DNA of 64,000 nt from Octopus vulgaris (lineage: Eukaryota), in the NCBI GenBank assembly GCA_951406725.2, contig OX597822.1, forward strand, positions 69,626,001-69,690,000, written 5' to 3'. Positions 48,240-62,722 of the stretch are shown in pieces. The notes under the pieces are model-generated. The model had not been told where the DNA came from. It saw only the letters and a program-made list of their open reading frames with translations, and made no database searches. The translations under genes were made by a program, and so were the position numbers. How positions within the stretch are numbered: position 1 is the first letter of the stretch; each line of letters begins with the position of its first letter.

Positions 48240-48804
48240 TTGGGCTGTCCGGAAAGTTCATGCCGATTTTTAAAGGAAAGTAAAAGGTCAATAAATACTT
48301 GCCATTACATTTTTAATCAACCAAATATAAACTATTTTGTTGCACAATGTGTCTCCATCTTTTCTTTAACTTGAAAATACCCTCTTCCCAGAATTGAGGT
48401 GGTTTCAAGGCAAAGAATTCATCAGGGTATCTTTTTAAGTCATCCAAGGAATTGAAATTTTTACCATTAAGATTATTCTACAGAGACCTGAATGAGTGAA
48501 AATCCAAAGGAGTAATATCTGGTGAATATAGAGGGTGGGGTAACACATCCCAGCCAAGCTGCAGCAATTTTTGTCTGGTTCCCAAAGCATCAAGTGCCGA
48601 AAATGAACTTTCTTATCTTTCATTTTAAAGGGTTACAGAATTAACACAGGATATAGGAACATAAACCTTCTTCCAGGAAAAGATAGCTTAAACTGTGCTC
48701 TAATGGAGGTGTAGTCAAATCTTATTTTATGGACTCAACCATGTTCTAAAATAAGTCGAAAGGTAAGCTACTATAAGTCAGCACGAACTTTCCAAACAAC
48801 CCAA
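48240..48804 (-). mobile_element. Internally deleted mariner element
   Basis: TIRs ttgggctgtccggaaagttcatgccgattt / aagtcagcacgaactttccaaacaacccaa; TA on both sides; minus-strand transposase remnant WDVLPHPLYSPDITP (YSPDL motif). Confidence 0.85.
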
Positions 48805-48918
48805 TATTAATACACCGCTCCATTTCATAACAACACCTAATCCTTTGGATGTTTACAGCACAATCTACTGCCTAACCAGACTTTCTTTTATCTACTTACT
48901 ACAGTCATTGGTCTATGG

Positions 48919-49195
48919 CATTGGTTCCCAAACTTTTTCAGGTTGCTGCCCCCTTGACACTCAGGTCACATCCCTAGTTCCCCCACTCCAACTAACCATC
49001 ACAAACATAGACCTCTTTCTGAAGCAAATTCAAAGCAACTGCATTTCACAAATAAAACTTACTCTAATGAACCCATTATTTTGTTTCTTTTGCATGAATC
49101 ACTACCCCCACTATCGCTCTACTTTTTTCTCAATGACCCCTTGGAACTTTCTACTGCCCCCAGGGGTGCAATACTGCCCACTTTGAAAACCACTA
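48919..49195. mobile_element. hAT (Charlie-like) MITE, decayed
   Basis: cattggttcccaaa / tttgaaaaccacta; partial TSD gtctatgg / gtctacaa. Confidence 0.6.
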
Positions 49196-49741
49196 GTCTA
49201 CAACAATGCCAGGGTACTGCTGTAAAGAGTTTAGTAGATTAGATCAACCTCAGTGCTTACTTTTAAAGTCTGAATTTTATTCTGTCATACTCTTTAGCTG
49301 AACTGCTAAATTACACTGACATAAAGAAACCAATACTGGTTGTCAAGCAAAGCAGTACAAAGACAAACACAAATGCACACCTATTATCCCTCTATGTTTA
49401 GCCCCTTGTGGGTAATAAAGAAATATATTATAAGTGTGCTTGTTTCTTTTATTTTTTCACTGGTTTTAGTCATTAGATTACAGCCCCCACTTCCACGTAG
49501 TTTCATTCCATCAAATTCATTCAGTCTGGAATTATAGAAGACATTTGCCAAAGGTACCAGGCAGTAGGACTGAACCTGAAAGAATGTGATTGGCAAACGA
49601 ACTTCTTAAACACAGAAGCATGCCAGCACCTATGAGCAATTTTTTAAATACCTTTTCAGTCCATCACTAGGCCATTTGAGAGTTAAGTATTTTTGCCAGT
49701 TACATAGCGCAATTCTGAGGGTGAAATACAAACTCAGCTGA

Positions 49742-50100
49742 TCAGCCACTCACAACATTGGGCCTCACGGAGGCAAAGTGGCCGAGTTCCTTTTGAGTGT
49801 TGGGCCTCACAGAGGCAATGACCAAGGCCTTTGGCATTATGTCATGCTTGAGAAGACTCATCAAGCCAAACAAAATCGCCGTCGTGGCAGATACTGGTGC
49901 CACGTAAATGGCACCCATGCCAGTGGCACATAAAAGCACCCATTACACACTCAGAGTGATTAGCATTAGGAAGGGTATTGAGCCATAGAAAACCATGCCA
50001 AATCAGACAGGAACCTGGTGCAGCCTTCCAGCTTGCCAGCTCTGGTCAAACCATCCAACCCATGCCAGCATGGACAATGGATGTTAAATGATGATGATGG
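49742..50100 (+). mobile_element. RTE-related 3'-UTR fragment (different subfamily)
   Basis: gtggcacataaaagcaccc...ccaacccatgccagcatggac...gttaaatgatgatgat. Confidence 0.75.
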
Positions 50101-51960
50101 TGAACCATTGGTGAAATTGTAGTTTAGCCCCAGATTGTCCTGATCGATACTTATGATAAGAGGCATTGTGACCGAGATCCTTTTTCTTTTTTCTGTCTGG
50201 CAGTGTATCTTGAATGACATTATCTAATAAAATTTACATGATACGATTTCAGAAAAATTTCATTGTTCTTTCTAGCAGGTCGATTGACCACTTGAAAATT
50301 ATCCCGTTGACTCAATGTGGTTTGGGGATACAGCAAGACATCAGGCATATCATTTAGGTATGTCTTGAAAAATAATCCTTTCTACCATAGGCACAAGTCC
50401 TGAAATTTGGGGGAGGGGGACTAGCCGATTATTTAACTAGTACTTATTTCATCCACCCTGAAAGGCTGAAAGGTAAAGTCAACCTTGGTGGAACTTGACT
50501 TCAGAAAGTAAAGACAGATGAAACGCCGCTAAGTATTATGTCAGCAGCAGAATCTGTCAGGTTGCCAACTAATAATAATAATAATAATCCTTTCTACTAG
50601 AGGCACAAGGTCTGAAATTGTTGGGGAGGGATCTAGTCGATTACATCAACCCCAGTGTTTAACTGGTACTTAATTTATTGACCCTGAAAGGACGAAAGGT
50701 GAAGTCGATGTCAGTGGAATTTGTACTCAGAATGTAAAGACGAACCAAACGCTGCTAATCATTTTGCCCGGTGTACTAGCGATTCTGCCACCTCACCGTC
50801 TTAACACTGCTGCTGCCACCAAAGATCACAACAGATGGGAGTTATATGCGGCAAGGAAAAAGTAGCAGAGCCAAGACTGCATCAAGCTGGCAAGCTAACT
50901 GATTCATTAGGCAAAATGTTAGCATGTCAGAAAAATATTTAGCAGCATTTCTTCCAGCTCTGAATACAATGCTTCTTCTTGTTCCAGTCAGGTCTCACGC
51001 CATTAGCCACAAAGAATAATCTCTAATTCGAGCCTACTCTAAGCTAATAAGAATGCATGTGGCAACTTGAAGATCCACCAAACGCAATAGACTGGCAGTT
51101 GCACAGACGCGAAAGCTATATTGTTCTCCTCATTCCGTAAACGGTGGCTTTTTGAACGGGTGGAGAGCTGAACCATCATGGAGTACAGAGGATTCGCAAT
51201 CTAGACTAGGGTCTGAAAGTTTACCACACCATAGTGGGTTACACCATGGTTACTCTGCTTTGCGGCAGAAGTAGAAAGAAAGAGTGAGAGAAAGTTGTGG
51301 TGAAAGAGTACAGCGGAGTTCACCACCACCCCCTACTGGAGCCTCATGGAGCTTTAGGTGTTTTTGCTCAATAAACACTCACAATGGGAATCGAAACCGC
51401 ATTCTTACGACCGTAAGTCCACTGCCCTAACCACTGGGTCATTGCACCTCCACATGCTGCTGCTATACACAGAACATCCTAGAGCAGAATATGGTAACTC
51501 ATTTGACTGACTGACATGTCGCTCACCAACACATTCCAACTTTTGGCCACAATTGAGCTGTGTCTTCTCTCTCATTTCTACTACTACAACAGTGGCCTCT
51601 ATTCTTCAAAGCTAGCTTAGTGTCATGTCACTTCTCATGCTCACGTCTCCTCTTTTTGTTGTCCACATGGTGTCAATCACCCCACCCTGAATTTTATTGA
51701 TTTCAGCAGTCTTGAAAGGTGTGCAAAGTAGGTGGGCACCGGCATAGCCTCTTACTTTCTTCAGGCCAAACAAAAACAGAAAGAGAGAAAGAAAGAAAAA
51801 TGTTGTTCACAGCTTTGTTACTCACAAGGAGATGAGGGGCATTAAACACTAAATCTTAAAATGCAAAGTCTATGGTTTATGAATGTTCTTGGCAGCCTTA
51901 TTATGTTGTCACAAGCTTTAACAAAGACTCAGAAAATAAAATCAGCAATTTAACTATAGG

Positions 51961-52004
51961 AAGGAAAACAACACAAAACATTTCATGAATCAAAGTCATT
52001 TATT
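51961..52004 (-). terminator. Minus-strand polyadenylation site of a probable convergent neighbouring gene
   Basis: AATAAA (plus-strand tttatt at 51999-52004), followed about 20 nt later by a GU-rich element tgttttgtgttgttttcctt (51961-51980). Confidence 0.5.
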
Positions 52005-52544
52005 AGTATTTCTTGTGATTCATTCTTTCATTATCATTCACAATAAAGTAACAATGTTACAGATACTCCTTATTCTCCTTTTTTTTTTTTTTACCTTCCC
52101 TCTCTTTCATACATTTTCATTTTTTTTTTCTTTTTTACATTTAATTTTTTTTCTAAATCTCTGTTTCCATTTCACCATATTTACACTCATACACAAAACA
52201 TTATTTTTCACCCAAAAACCAACCTCGTTCCTTCATTATTTCTACTTCTTTCACTGTCACTCCTACGCAGACACACACACACACACACACAATTTGTATT
52301 TTATTATTTAATATTACAAAAAAAAAAAAATAATAAATTCTAACAATGCTTTCAAACTAAAATTCTCAAGCTGACAGATTTTTATCAAGTCAGTGGGGTG
52401 GGGGGGGGAGAAAAAAATTTTAAAAAGACTAACACTATGGAGGGATGAAGTAAACCAGTTTACCTGAACAGACTTCTGTTTTGTTACAAGTTAGTATGCA
52501 GGTGCAAGAAGGAGAAGGGCAACAACAACAACAACAGCAACAGC

Positions 52545-52576
<32 letters not shown>

Positions 52577-53035
52577 ATATCAACTAGGAGCCTGCAACAT
52601 CTCATCTATTGAATTCATAAATACACTGGCCAAATGAAATGAAAAGGATGGAGTTTCAAAGGATGAGTGAAGGGTGATACATCGTGGTCCACTGTGAGAA
52701 AGGAATGGGGAAAAGGATTAAGTGAAATAGGAAAGGAAGGGTGGAGAGTGAGGTGTAATGAGGGTGAAAGGCTCATTTGCTGCCGAGTACTTTGTTAAAG
52801 GGTGGTGGGGAAGAAACCCCGGTCAGTTTAAGAATTTATTATTATTCACTAATTAAAAATATCAAACAAACAGGAAAATATGAACAACAAAAAAATTGCG
52901 TTTGTGCGTGCATGTGTGTGTGTGTGTATGAAATACCTGGCTCAGCAAAGCAACAAGACCCCTCCTCTGAGACTTGAACCCACCAACTGAACAATGTCAG
53001 TCCAACATTCTGAACCCTAAGCCCCGTGTTTTCAA

Positions 53036-53070
<35 letters not shown>

Positions 53071-53245
53071 AGTATACGCACACGTGCATATGGGTATATG
53101 TGTATGCACATATATACTTACATGGAAGCGTACATACATATGTACACATAAATATTTATGGAGACACACATGTACATACATATATATATATGCACACAGA
53201 CACACACGCCATATAAATATTTTCATATACACACACACACACACC

Positions 53246-53281
<36 letters not shown>

Positions 53282-53388
53282 TATATATGGATAAACATAC
53301 AAATACATACATATAGTTGAACATATAAATATACATACATGCATATATATATGCATACAGATAAATATACATATACATTTATATATGA

Positions 53389-53674
53389 GGAGGCACATGG
53401 CCTAGTGGTTAGAGCAGCAGACTCACGGTTGAGGGATTGCAGGTTCGAATCTCAGACAGGGCGATGTATGCGTTTATAAGCCAAACACCTAAGCTCCACG
53501 CGACGCCGGCAGAAGGTAATGGCGAACTTCTGCTGACTCTTTCGCCACAACTTTCTCTCACTCTTTCCCCCTGCATCTTGCAGCTCACCTGCATCCTGTC
53601 CAGGTGGGGAGCCCATACACCAAAGAAATCGGGAAACCGACTCTTAAGAGCCAGGCGTGGCTTGAGAAGGAACA

Positions 53675-53677
<3 letters not shown>
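53389..53677 (+). mobile_element. tRNA-derived SINE family C
   Basis: A box tggcctagtggttag, B box ggttcgaatct. Related copies at 38029-38334(-), 17644-18202(-, two units), 47514-47765(+), 51265-51455(-), 63320-63590(-). Confidence 0.8.
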
Positions 53678-53709
<32 letters not shown>

Positions 53710-53739
53710 CAAACATACACACACTTATACATACAAGTG

Positions 53740-53771
<32 letters not shown>

Positions 53772-53806
53772 TATTATCCATACATACACACAGATACATA
53801 TTATCC

Positions 53807-53854
<48 letters not shown>

Positions 53855-53931
53855 TATTATCCATACATACACACAGATACATATTATCCATATACATAAT
53901 ATATATATATATATATATATATACAAACACG

Positions 53932-53979
<48 letters not shown>

Positions 53980-54163
53980 AGTATGTATGTATAACAGTAT
54001 ATAATATTTTAGTGCTGGTATGGTTATGTGGTTAAGATGGTCACTCTTCAACCACATGGCTAAGCATTCTGATTTAGTGTTGCATGTAGCTTTAGACTGA
54101 ACAATGCCTTGCAAGGTAAATTTGGCAGCAGAAACTGTATGGAAGCACGTCGTACATAAACAA

Positions 54164-54200
<37 letters not shown>

Positions 54201-54664
54201 TTTGTTTGTGTGTGTGTGCATGCGTATCCTTCTCCCCCATGTTTTGTCTTTTCAACAAATAAAAAAAAAAGCAAGAAATCATTACAATAAATCCCGGGCC
54301 TTAAAGAGAAAATTGCTAGAGTCAATACGATAAACAAGACAACTGAAGGCAGTGTCCCAGCATGGTGCGAGTCTTATGACTGAAACCAATAAAAGAAAAG
54401 ATTATATATATATATATATATATAATTATACATACACATATATAATTATACATACATACATGCATATATATATAATTATACATACATACATGCATATATA
54501 TATACATACATACATATATACATATAATTATACATACATACATATAATTATACATACATACATATACATATATATATATATATATAGATCTATATAATTA
54601 TACATATATATAACATCATATGTAAACAAACATAAGTTTGTTTTTGAAGTATTGAAATGTATAT

Positions 54665-55057
54665 TAGAACAAGTAGGAAAATATATTTTTTCAACACGTA
54701 AACACTGAAGAGTCTATATAAAGGATAATATCCCTTTAAGAGCAGAAAAATTTGCCTGCAACCAGCCATGAGGATGAAACTCACACCCCTCCAATATCTG
54801 GTTGGAGTGCTCTCTATATGACATCTAACATTTCTGGATGACTTTATAACTCCTAAAATTGTAGAAGAATTTGCTGGGCGGCAGTTTAGCATGAAGGGTA
54901 GAGCACTCCAACTCGATATTAGAGAGGTGCGAGTTCGATACTCATGGACAGTTGCTGGCAAAATCTGTCTGCTCTTAAAAGTATTTTACCCTTCATATAT
55001 ACTGTTCAGTATTTGCGTGTTAAGAAAAAAAAATTTATATATCTTTCTACTTGTTCT

Positions 55058-55058
<1 letters not shown>
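54665..55058. repeat. Imperfect inverted repeat of about 390 bp containing a tRNA-like head
   Basis: tagaacaagtag...tttaagagcaga...ttggagtgctct mirrored by agagcactccaa...tctgctcttaaa...ctacttgttcta. Confidence 0.8.
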
Positions 55059-55098
<40 letters not shown>

Positions 55099-55451
55099 AA
55101 TATACATATATATACAATTTTTAAATATATATATGTATATTTATATATATGTATACTCATTTATATATGTACATATATACATGTGTGTGTCTGTGTATTT
55201 ATATATATATATATATATATGTATGTATATAATATAAATATATAAACATAAATATAGATATAAATATATATACAAATATATAACATATATATGTAAATAT
55301 ATGTATTATATACAAATATATAACATATATATGTAAATATATATATATAATATGTATACAAATATATAATATATAAATAAAAATAACTATATAAATATAA
55401 TATATATAATTAAATATATATAAATAAAGATACACATGTAGATATATTTAG

Positions 55452-55499
<48 letters not shown>

Positions 55500-56354
55500 T
55501 ACATACATACACAATTTTTATATATGTATACATAATTTTCATTCTTTGCTCCTATTGAACAATGAGAATGACTTTTTTTTTTCTTTTTCTTGAACATTGG
55601 CTATATCAACATTAGAGTTTGAGTCTGGTTTGGAAAAAAAGAATAGAGTAATCCTTCTCTTTATGTCACGGAAGGTTTGCTTTGAATGTTATAATATACT
55701 GCTATAATGGTTATAAATTAAGCTGTAGATTAAAGTACTAGATCCCTGAGATAGAATCATGGACCCAAGCCTTACTACAACTGTTGTGTTGTGCTCTTGA
55801 ACAAGGAATAATTTTGCATGCTCTACTTTTAAAATTGGATAGTTAGCAGTCAGCAAAATAACTGTAAAAAATTATATTTCTACCTGCTCCAATATAGACC
55901 ATCCCACTTGGAATAGCAACAATCAAACAAAAATAATATTAAGATCTAGTCTAATGGGAATGTATTATAATGGTAGGTATCTCTATGTATTTCTAAGAAG
56001 TATACATTTTATACAGATACAGACAGGGTTCAAATTGTTGTTGATGTTTACTAACAAGAAGATATGTATCAGCTTTACTTTATGATGTTAATATTCAAAC
56101 TGAACTGCATCATCCACCTACATATTACCAATGTATACTAAGTTGATAGACAGTGAATCAAAGTCATTCTAAGCAGACATAAAAATATTATGACACAATC
56201 AGTAGGATTCAGGGAAACCAGCAGTTGTCTACATTGGCAAGAGACAATTTTGGAAAATGCAAAAAGTCTAAATAACATGAGGAAAGGATTTCAGTAAACA
56301 CAACATTCACTCTACCTGAAATATACAAATATATATTTGTGTGTGTGTGTGTGT

Positions 56355-56401
<47 letters not shown>

Positions 56402-56550
56402 TTTTATTTTCTCTCCTTGTCTCTTTCTGTGGAAGCGCATAGTTTCGAAATGTTAAAGACTTTTTCACTTCCCAAGCGTTACACTAATACATCTGTTTGT
56501 TGTCTACACCACCTGTCTTTGTCTTTTGTTTTTTTGTGAATTCTCCCTAC

Positions 56551-56582
<32 letters not shown>

Positions 56583-56772
56583 CTGTATGTATATATATAT
56601 CATTTAGCATCCTCCTTCCATCCTGGCATGGGTTGATGTATGTATGTATGTTGTTTCTATTCCCATCCAAAATGGAGACAAGTTGCAACATTTCCATGTG
56701 GCATGCTTCAACAATTGTGAAGATCTCTTCACATGAAACCATTAGTAGCCCTGTTACCACACAAATAAAGTA

Positions 56773-57022
56773 CAAGGTTATTCAAAAAGAATGAACCAAT
56801 TTCATTATGCAATATTTTAATAAGGAAAAGCAATAGAAAACTCCAGCTAAGTCACAAGCATTTACTCACAATCAACTTTTATTTCCTGTCTTACTTCTTC
56901 AATGTGGCCAACACATAAAAGTTGATAGTGAGTAAATACTTGTGACTTAGCTGGAGTTTTCTATTGCCTTTCCTTATTAAAATATTGCGTAATGAAATCT
57001 GTTCATTCCTTTTGAATAACTA
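56773..57022. mobile_element. Tc1/mariner-type MITE with inverted arms of about 105 bp
   Basis: gttattcaaaaagaatgaac...atcaactttta mirrored by taaaagttgat...gttcattccttttgaataac, with a spacer of about 35 bp. Confidence 0.75.
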
Positions 57023-57379
57023 TATGTGTGTATGTGTGTGTGTGTGTGTGTATGTACATACAATGAAGTAAATAAATAAAAGTAAACAAAGAATAAAGAA
57101 TAACAAATGATCAGATTAAAAAATTGTTAAAAATCTCACTGGACAAAAATATATACTACAGAATATATATACACACACACATTCATGTAAATTCATGTTT
57201 TACACGTTCGAGTGCAATCAGATATGCGAAGGCCTTTCAGGAATAGTCTGAGCACAAAAATTTCCATGAGGACTAGTGTAAATACACTAACCCAGATGGG
57301 AAATTTTCCCCCAGGACTAATAGTATGTGTTAAACATGACTTTGCAAGAATATATTTTATCCAACACTACTTCATGCAA

Positions 57380-57423
<44 letters not shown>

Positions 57424-58781
57424 ATGCACACATATACATTGTATAAAATATTCTACTTGCAAATATTTCCCACACAACTAGTGTTTATAAACAGGTCCTA
57501 GCCTGTTGCCCACATGTGCACATGCATGCACACATACACTCAATCTTTCTCGCTCTCTTGCTCACGTGCACACTAACACTGAAAATATCTATTTCAGTAA
57601 CAAAATCATTTAAGACTTGGCATTCATCTTCAGAACTAAGAACTTCAAGAGATGTCAACACATCAGCAAAGTAATGGTTATCTTAGTACCAGGTCATATC
57701 TCCACTACTACGTATTCTGAAAGGTAAAATTTGAACCAATTTCAATCAAATCATTGTGTATAAAGAATTAACTAAGCTTAACCAACAAGATTACCAGTAA
57801 TGAAGGAAGGATCTAAGACTAAATTACAAATACTCTTTTGGTATTACTTCATTTTGTACCCACCTTAAATTACTAAGATTGTTTTTCTGCTTATTTTATT
57901 ATTATCATTATTTAGAGAAACAAACCCATAACCTTTGTAAGATCTGTCAGACAGGTGAGATCAGTGCAGTTGATTTTTGGTTTGAACTTCTGCAGGCCAA
58001 CATATTGGGGATAATTGTAGACAGAGCAGAGGAACTGAAGAGTTTCAATTAGGAAAAGGAAGAATTAGGCTAAATATTTAGTAAAGAGTCCAAGGTGAGA
58101 GACAATATGAAACACAAAGAGAGGGGAGAATGTAAGGGTATAAAGAATTGCTACATTCAGAAGAGCAGAGGCAATTCTAGCAATGCTCAGAGAGAGACAA
58201 GAGGACACAGTATGTTAGTGTATGGATGCCATGAAGGTTAAAAAAAATAAAAGGAAACCTCTGAATTTTCTTCAGTCTGGCAATGTTTTATCAAACTACA
58301 ACCAAGCTTCACCATTCTTCCATTTCATCATCCATAAACAGATCACTTGATTTACATTTGTCCTATCATCCACCATCACAAGCCTTACCACAATAGCTTA
58401 CCTCTACCATTTACAATTCATAATGTCATTACATGAACATAATACCCTGAATTATCTTTCATCATTATATATACCCATGCTAGCATCACTTATCCACTTA
58501 GTATCTATTACCATCAGACATCCATGACCTACCTCTACTGTAGGTATCAGCTGTCACCACAGACTATAACACTGATCTCCTGCTAAACTGGCTGCCCCTA
58601 TATATCATAAAGTAAACACATAAAAGTGAAACAAGGGAAATAGTACTTGAATACCGGAGGTAGAGTAATATGCTTCATTATTATTGTCAATCTAAACTGT
58701 CCAACGAATGGGAACGTGAAACTCTGAATAGCAGTTTCTTGTGATATCTTTGTTATGTTTGTGTAGCTTTAATAATACTGA

Positions 58782-58851
<70 letters not shown>

Positions 58852-61134
58852 TCAGCCTCCTGTATCATTGGCTTTTGATTACATCTACAGACTTATTATT
58901 TGAATCCTAAAAATTAGCTTACCTTTCTCTGAACAAAGTTGCACCTACAACTTCTGACCTATAGAATTTATGGATCTATGTATGTACATGTGTAATTGTT
59001 ATCATGTTGTAGTCCCTCCAATTTTTGTTCAAGAATTACAATATTGTATACACACACACACACACACACACATACATACACACACACATATATTCGCATG
59101 TGAACAGAATGTCTTAAAGTTCAAGGAAATCATGCATATATGTTTTGAAAAATATCTGTTTCTTCAGATAAGTATATATTTCACTCGCTAACCTACAATA
59201 GAATCTAGCACCATGGATTTTAGAATTTTTCTTGCAAGCTTCATACATACCTAGTCATGAAGAAATGGAATAAAACAATAGGATTTGGGGGGAAATGAAA
59301 CGATAACATCAGAAACAGCTTCCAAAACACCACAATCAAAATCACACACACACACATGCATGCACACAGCATAAACGTAAACACCATTAGATTCAAAGAT
59401 CTGATACAGGGTGGAAAATGTATAGTGTGCTTCTTAATGAAACTTCAGAGAAAAAAGTATGAGATGACTTTCTTGCGTTATTTGATCTCTCTTCATCGAT
59501 AGCTAGATAGATCTATCTATCCATCTGTCTATCTACCTACATATCTATCATTTTCTTATGAAGGACTAGCACCCGAAAAATCAACTCTCTCCTTTTTAAG
59601 CATTAAACTAATACAATATTTATTAAAACTGGTCCCTCCCAAGTTGTCTTCTTTTTGTGTTCATTGCATTATATATATATATATATATATATCTCAAAGG
59701 ACTAAGACAGTCTCACACACACACACAATGGTTGAATGGTTAAGATTTGCTTTGCAATCATGAGGCACCAGGTTTGATCCCACCTTGGCTGTGCACCTTT
59801 TACCATAGCCTCAAGTCAACCTTGACCTTGTCAGTGATACTGGACAGGCAGAAACTAGTTAGAAGCTTGTTGGACCAATCTGAAAGTCCAATGGGGAAAA
59901 CCTTATCACACACTGAGTCACCATGATTCTACCATAAAAAATTACATTAAGAGTATATGTATCTGTGAAATACCCAGCCATTTGCACTATTTTCAAAGAA
60001 AAGGAAATTATGTTGATCAACCGACTGGAATACACAACACTGATACAGATCAATTACGTTTGTATTCTTTATACAATCACAGACATTCAGATAGATAAAT
60101 AGATTAATAGATGAACACAAATATCCTTTTGTGTGTGTGTATGATATACATACACATACATAAAAATGTATGTTTAGAGATTCATACATGGATATATTTT
60201 ATATACAACTCAAACAGTGGGATATTCCCTTCATCAGCTGCTGATCAGAGATAATAATAGTTTTGGTAGCTTTTGACTGTACTGCACCATCCAGTGGTGC
60301 CAAGAAGGATTGTGGAACGAGACAACAAGACATAACTGTCTGGACACTGGTGATTTGACATGGTTGACTGGACATTCAGCCTGTTTTGGCAACAGTGCTT
60401 TTTAGTGCTGGAGGAAGACACACACCCATGCTTGCATGTGCAAAAATATACACATAGAGATATAAAAACAAATATGCTCACCCACATAGAGGAAAAGAGA
60501 ATGAGAGCAGAGGAAGAGGTTGAAAGAAACATTAAAACATCTGATGTCAAATAAGTCAGTGTCAAGTCAGCAATGCCAGATAGGCATCATCAAAACAGCT
60601 GTGCCAAAACATCTCATACCCATAGCATTAATGATACCAACAAATATCCATGTTTTCCTATATTTCCATAATTTATGTGGCCACCACACAAAAGTGAGCA
60701 CAAATGCAATTACTCCAAGTATGCATCAACCATTTTGTTTTATGTTTCATTAATTGTTGAGGATTTCATCTTTCTGTCACTTGCCACATCAAGAAAGCAT
60801 TTCCCACTTTCCTCTCTCCAGTTAGAGACTCACTGTTTTGTTTTTTTCCGAAATCGAATGCTGGCCAATTTGAACATTGCAAGTCTAACTACAACCACAG
60901 TAAAAACATCCCAACTTTACAAGAAGCTCTGTAGACTACCATTCTTGTGCCTCACATGATTTCCTAAGCGCTTCATATTTTAGCCCCTTCCTTTCATGTG
61001 CCTACTTAATATTGCCTGCCCAGTGCACTGTCAACTCAACAATCAACACTTTTTGTGTCAAGTTAGACCAGGCTTCAATATTGCAAAATGGTTTGCATAT
61101 ACAAACAGAAATGTTTGTGCAGATTTCATGTATG

Positions 61135-61168
<34 letters not shown>

Positions 61169-61364
61169 TGTTCACATGCATATATACGTACACATTCATA
61201 TATATGTGCATATGTATGTATGTGTGTGTGTGTATATATATGTGTGTGTGTATATACATACATAGACATACAAACACACTATATAATATATATATATATG
61301 GTGTGCTGGCTGTTAGTGTTAGATTCAGTGATCTGTAATTTCATACATATACATACACACATTC

Positions 61365-61396
<32 letters not shown>

Positions 61397-61745
61397 CATG
61401 ACCACAATGGCAGCTGGGATTGCCAAAAAAGGGGGGGAAAGAATGAAGTATGCAATGGTTCAGTAGAAATTGCTCTCTGAAAAGAGAAAAAATTTAAGAA
61501 TTAAAATAATTTTAAGAAGGATATCTTCAAAAAAAAAAAGGTTACTTAAAAATCTTTTGCTTTTTTTTTTTCTCTTTTTAAATAAAAAAAAAAAAGGTAA
61601 GGAGGGAACAGCTAAAGTGATGGTTGTGGAGTGAGAATTGAAACTGGCAAGCAGCGTAATGAAACCGAAATGTTCTCCGTCTCACAAAGAGAAAAGACAG
61701 GAGAAGAGCAAGAGAAGCGAGTGAGAAAATGAGAGAGAAAGAAAA

Positions 61746-61783
<38 letters not shown>

Positions 61784-61906
61784 CAGGAAGAATATGAAGC
61801 TTTGGCAACTCAAATTTGACAGAGTTTATGTACAGAAATATGTCGGCATCAACTTCCATCAAACAACTAACTGTCAATGCTCCTGGTCTCAGTAACAATA
61901 ATAATG

Positions 61907-61957
<51 letters not shown>

Positions 61958-62111
61958 GTTTCTTTTTTTAGTTAGGCATAAACGCCCTACATCTTAGAGG
62001 AAGGAGAAATCGGTGTATCGTGACATTCATGCCATTCCCAAAGCCATTACAAGGCAATAGAGAATTGACAGTGTATCAATTAAAGATCGAAGCCAATTAA
62101 TAATAATAATA

Positions 62112-62155
<44 letters not shown>

Positions 62156-62494
62156 CATCCCTGCTGTTTATTTGACCATCCATGTAATGCAGAATATGGG
62201 GAAAGGGGGGAACTTAGAGTTATTAGCAAAATGTCTGGGTAATTAAATTCAAAATGGTCGGTAACTCTTGGGATATTTAACTAGCAATGAATTTTCAAAA
62301 TATTCAGCACAGTGATTCCAGTTGAGTTGCTTGAATATCTGCAAAGAAACAAAATAAAATAAATGAGTTAAATTAAATCAGTTCAGAAATGGGGGTAGTC
62401 ATGGTAATCACGGGGGTGGTGTTGGAAATGTTAATGGTAATAGTGGTGGTTGTAGTAATGATGGTGATGGTGGTAGCAGTGGTGGGAGTAGCTT

Positions 62495-62722
62495 TCGGCG
62501 AGCTGGCAGAAACGCTAGCACGCCGGACGAAATACTTAGCGGTATTTCGTCTGCCGTTATGTTCTGAGCTCAAATTCCGCCGAGGTCAACTTTGCCTTTC
62601 ATCCTTTCGGGGTCGATAAATTAAGTACCAGTTACGTACTGGGGTCGATGTAACTGACTTAATCCCTTTGTCTGTCCTTATTTGTCCCCTCTATGTTTAG
62701 CCCTTTGTGGGCAATAAAGAAA
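62495..62722 (+). mobile_element. tRNA-derived SINE family A (Meta-domain-like core); best-preserved copy
   Basis: A box gagctggcagaaacgctagc, B box gagctcaaattc, core tttgcctttcatcctttcggggtcgataaattaagtacc. Other copies near 4395, 5260, 19055, 21648, 23058, 25860(-), 26010(-), 26430(-), 33290, 33555, 33730, 34243, 50375(-), 50585(-). Confidence 0.8.

Noticed and set aside
53389-53465. Possible tRNA gene (A and B boxes)
   Set aside because: It continues into a SINE body found in several copies, with no closed acceptor stem or terminator; it is a SINE head.
61578-61898. 106-aa minus-strand ORF
   Set aside because: Runs through (CT)n and poly-T, with no recognisable domain or convincing splice sites.
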